From assembly GCF_009914755.1 (NCBI RefSeq), contig NC_060931.1: a stretch of DNA of 64,000 bases, one strand, 5' to 3'. Position 1 is the first letter of the stretch. Each line of letters opens with the position of its first letter. Below the pieces are notes generated by a model. That model made no database searches, was not told the DNA's origin, and worked only from the letters and a program-made list of their open reading frames with translations. Origin of the DNA: the human T2T-CHM13v2.0 reference genome, Homo sapiens. Shown here in pieces: positions 59,558 to 64,000 of this stretch. Made by a program: the position numbers and the translations under genes.

Positions 59558-59980
59558 CCATGACTGGCATAGACAAATTGTGATTCATACCCCATCGTGG
59601 ATGAGGGACATTCCTTCTTGAGATCAAAGGATGAGATACTACTACCTGCACTCAGCATGGAGATTTCATTAGGAGAAAAAGTGAGAATTGGCTATAGGTG
59701 AGGTAATAAATAGTGTCTAGTGTATACTTTTCATATAAATAACTGACAGTTGGGAAAAAGTAAATTAAGGCATTATATCTCTGCTTTGGTTTTATTACAC
59801 TGTGTCTGACATGTTTAATTCTACATGAGTCTTCAGGACCAGACTCTGTCCTCTGAGGACAAGGATTTTGTTGGTGACATCCCTTTGCCCCCAACCTCTC
59901 CCTGTGGCTCTATGCTTGAAACACTGGAGGTGTTCCATGTTTGCTAATGACCAGAATGTACAAGGTTCAGGTTTCCTGAC

Positions 59981-60645
59981 TGTTATGCATGTGCATGTGA
60001 AGAGACCACCAAACAAAAAAGAACTGGAATTGGAAGGACAAGGAGATTGAAGGGTAGGGAGAGAGGGTGGAGAAGAGAGTGAAAAGACTGCTTCCCTGAT
60101 TTGAAATTGGTGAGATGTTCCTTGGACTGGTCTGAGGACCCGAGGTCGTAGGTGGATCTCCTCACGGAGTGAGGACGAGGACAGGGAACCAGTCTCCTGA
60201 AGGAGTCCTCCTGTCCCGGGTTTTGGCACCAAATGTCACGTGCGTCCATGTGAAGAGACCACCAAACAGGCTTTGTGTGAACAATAAAGCTTTTTAATCA
60301 CCTGGGTGCAGGTGGGCTGAGTCCGAAAAAGGAGTCAGCAAAGGGAGATAGGGGTGGGGCAGCTTTATAGGATTTGGGTAGGTAAAGGAAAATTACAGTC
60401 AAAGAGGGTTGTTCTCTGGTGGGCAGGGGTGGGGGTCATAAGGTGCTCAGTGAGGGAGGTTCTGAGACTCATTGTCCAGGAGAAGGAATTTCACAAGGTT
60501 AATTGATCAGTCAAGGTGGGGCAGGAACAAATCACAATGGTGGAATGTTATCAGTTAAGGCAGGAACCAGCCATTTTCAATTCTTTTGTGGTTCTTCAGT
60601 TGCCTTAGGCCATCTGGATGCAGGCTTGGGCTCGGAGGCCTGACA
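59981..60645 (-). mobile_element. HERV-H provirus remnant: 5' LTR7 (60234-60645), PBS, leader and 35 bp of the 3' LTR
   Basis: LTR7 ends GGAGGCCTGACA and GTGAAGAGACCACCAAACAGGCTTTGTG; second U5 end at 59981-60015. Confidence 0.9.
60214..60231 (-). other. Retroviral primer-binding site, tRNA-Phe type
   Basis: TGGTGCCAAAACCCGGGA; 17/18 match to the complement of the tRNA-Phe 3' end. Confidence 0.85.
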
Positions 60646-61652
60646 ATGGCCATAGCCCTGGGCTGTGTATCTACCCACACCAAGGAAAACAAGGAGTTGG
60701 AAATCAGGGTGGTTCATGGTTTTAACCATTGAGCCAACTTATACCAATGGTTGAGGACAGAAATGGAGTGATAGTAAAGTGAGCACATGTGGTTATAGTA
60801 ATTGCAACATTGGGTTGGTATCATCCTTGACCTCTGTGTGTTGGGTTGGTTCTATGTCTATGTATTGAAATTTTCTCTGCTTCCCCCTGTCCTGTGGTGT
60901 ATACACTTGGTACATTGCTTTGTATAACTCAGTCTTGTTGCCAAAATAACCAGCTGTGTGCATATCCCTTCTCTTTCCTTGAGAATTTAGGATCCTCAAA
61001 ATCAAGGGACATTTATTAATCTTATTTTTTTCCAGCATCTTTTATAATGCCTAGGAGGAAGGGTTTTTTTTTTTTAATGTTGAGAAAACTGAATGAAAAA
61101 ATAGTTTGCTTATGCTGACATAATACATCTTTCAAAACCCCTGACATGATTGGCCAATTATATAAATATTACTCACCACGACTTTAGGACAATAAGCAAC
61201 ACTATTGAATTTATAGATTAAACACATATTTATTGAGCATGTATTATGTGCAATAAAGTCGTCTACTACACAGCAGGGAGTAGTTCAAATGCAAAGTGGC
61301 TCCATGCAGCGAAGGCATTATCTAACACTCCTAACTACAGGAATATGGGCCCTTTTTCTATTTAAAGTTGAATTTAGGGATTAGTTAGATGTTATGGGGA
61401 TTTCTACCAATAGTGAACTTTCTATAATTAGCCTTATCCAAGTAGATGGTGAATGATCACCAGAACAGAATATTACTCAAGGGAGGTAAAGCTCCATTTC
61501 TGAAAAAGCCCTTCCAAAACAAAGTTTCCATAATTATAAGGGGCAAAGGGTGATGCTTTGGCTACATTCTATAGGAACTAAACTTACACCACCTTGTTCA
61601 ACCATTGGTAAGGACTTTGACCATTCACTAATGAGCTGAAATATCAGGATAA

Positions 61653-61994
<342 letters not shown>

Positions 61995-62039
61995 TAAGAA
62001 TGGTCTAATTTTGTCCAATGCCCTAATTACTCATCATGG

Positions 62040-62647
62040 TGATATAGGAGTTAAGAAGAAATTACTTAGGCAGATAGTGAGGGTATGGGTGTCTTCGGTA
62101 ATGTTTTCCTTTTTAATGAAAAGCAGCATGAAAATCATTTTCTACCAAAGAGCAGCCTGTAAAGAACTGCAGACAGAGACAAGCAAGCTGGAAGCTTGCA
62201 CGGGTGAATGACGGTAGGAAAAAGGTACCTGGGACTAGACATGTTCAAAATAACCATCTTCCCTTCCCCTTGCCAGCCATGTGTGCAGTAAGGAGCAGAC
62301 AAGACGGCACCTGTCAAGGGGACAGTCCATTTGCATGGTAAGATTAGGGTGGGATGGCCAGACTTCCTAGAGACTATGTGTACCTAACACCTGATCAGAC
62401 CAATCCGTGAGCCCTGTGTAAATCAGACACTGCCTCCTCGAGCCTGCCTATAAATCTGGTGCACTCCACTGGTCTTTTTCCTTTTCAGAAGCCCCTCTCT
62501 CTCACTAGAGAGAGAGCTTTTCTCCTTCCTCTTTCCTCTGCCTATTAACCTTCTGCTCCTAAACTCCTTGCATGTGTCCATGTCCTAAAGTTCTTGGCAC
62601 AAGACGACGAACCCCAGGTATTTGCTCCAGACAATGATGCCATGTCA
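62040..62647 (+). mobile_element. LTR9-family ERV1 solo LTR
   Basis: TGATATAGGAGTTAAGAAGAAATTACTTAGGCAGATAG; CCAAT and TATAAA; TG...CA ends; perfect TSD ATGG. Confidence 0.85.
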
Positions 62648-62913
62648 ATGGTGAGTTTCAGAAGGAAATGTCCTCACTTTAGGGGCAAAGCCAAGAGAAA
62701 AGAAGAAGAAAAAAAAAACCAACATGACTAAGGATAGCTGGGCCTGGATCCTAGACCCCAATTCAGAGCTCAGGTAAGCTCTACTGGACCACATGTTAAA
62801 ACATTTATCCTAAATTCTTAGGTATTAGCTTTTTCACATACAGTCCAGTTTCTTATACCTGCCAGTCCCAGTGGAGAATCAGTCAGGACATATTCATTAA
62901 GATTGTCAGTGCT

Positions 62914-63789
<876 letters not shown>

Positions 63790-64000
63790 CTATTGACACA
63801 TGGAAGAAAAATGGGTCCCAGAGGCCCCCCTCCCCCGATCTGGCTTTCACCTGTACCCTTTGTCATGGAAGCAAGAGAGGTGGATGTCGCTTTCTAGTCT
63901 TCAGGTTTCCAGAGCATAGACAGAAGAGTGTTGATAAAGGGGGGTGTCACAGAAAGTCAAATAACTTCTGGAAGGTCTCCACTAGGATATTATGTTGTAA

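Noticed and set aside
60214-60231. tRNA-Phe-like sequence
   Set aside because: Only 18 nt directly after an LTR, so it is a PBS and not a tRNA gene.

Overview
This is primate (human-like; AluY copies are present) non-coding genomic DNA, intergenic or deep intronic. I see no protein-coding exon, RNA gene, CpG island or CRISPR array. The supplied ORFs are almost all Alu-, L1- or microsatellite-derived. The window holds about 80 Alu elements or fragments (roughly a third of the sequence, estimated by eye), old MIR/L2/L1M fragments, one L1PA 3' end, MER5 and MADE1 DNA elements, and many LTRs (MER39, THE1/MST, MLT1A, MLT2, LTR12, LTR47 containing an LTR27-like LTR, MER4A, LTR16, LTR9). It also carries a HERV-H/LTR7 provirus collapsed by deletion, with a tRNA-Phe primer site. 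The most notable observations are several local template-copying and recombination scars, a 72-nt G-U-rich hairpin, a strong CTCF motif and a few motif-dense unique islands that could be enhancers. I found no evidence for a wholly new biological system. Family and subfamily names come from recalled consensus sequences, boundaries are approximate (about 10-20 bp), and the locus cannot be placed without an alignment.
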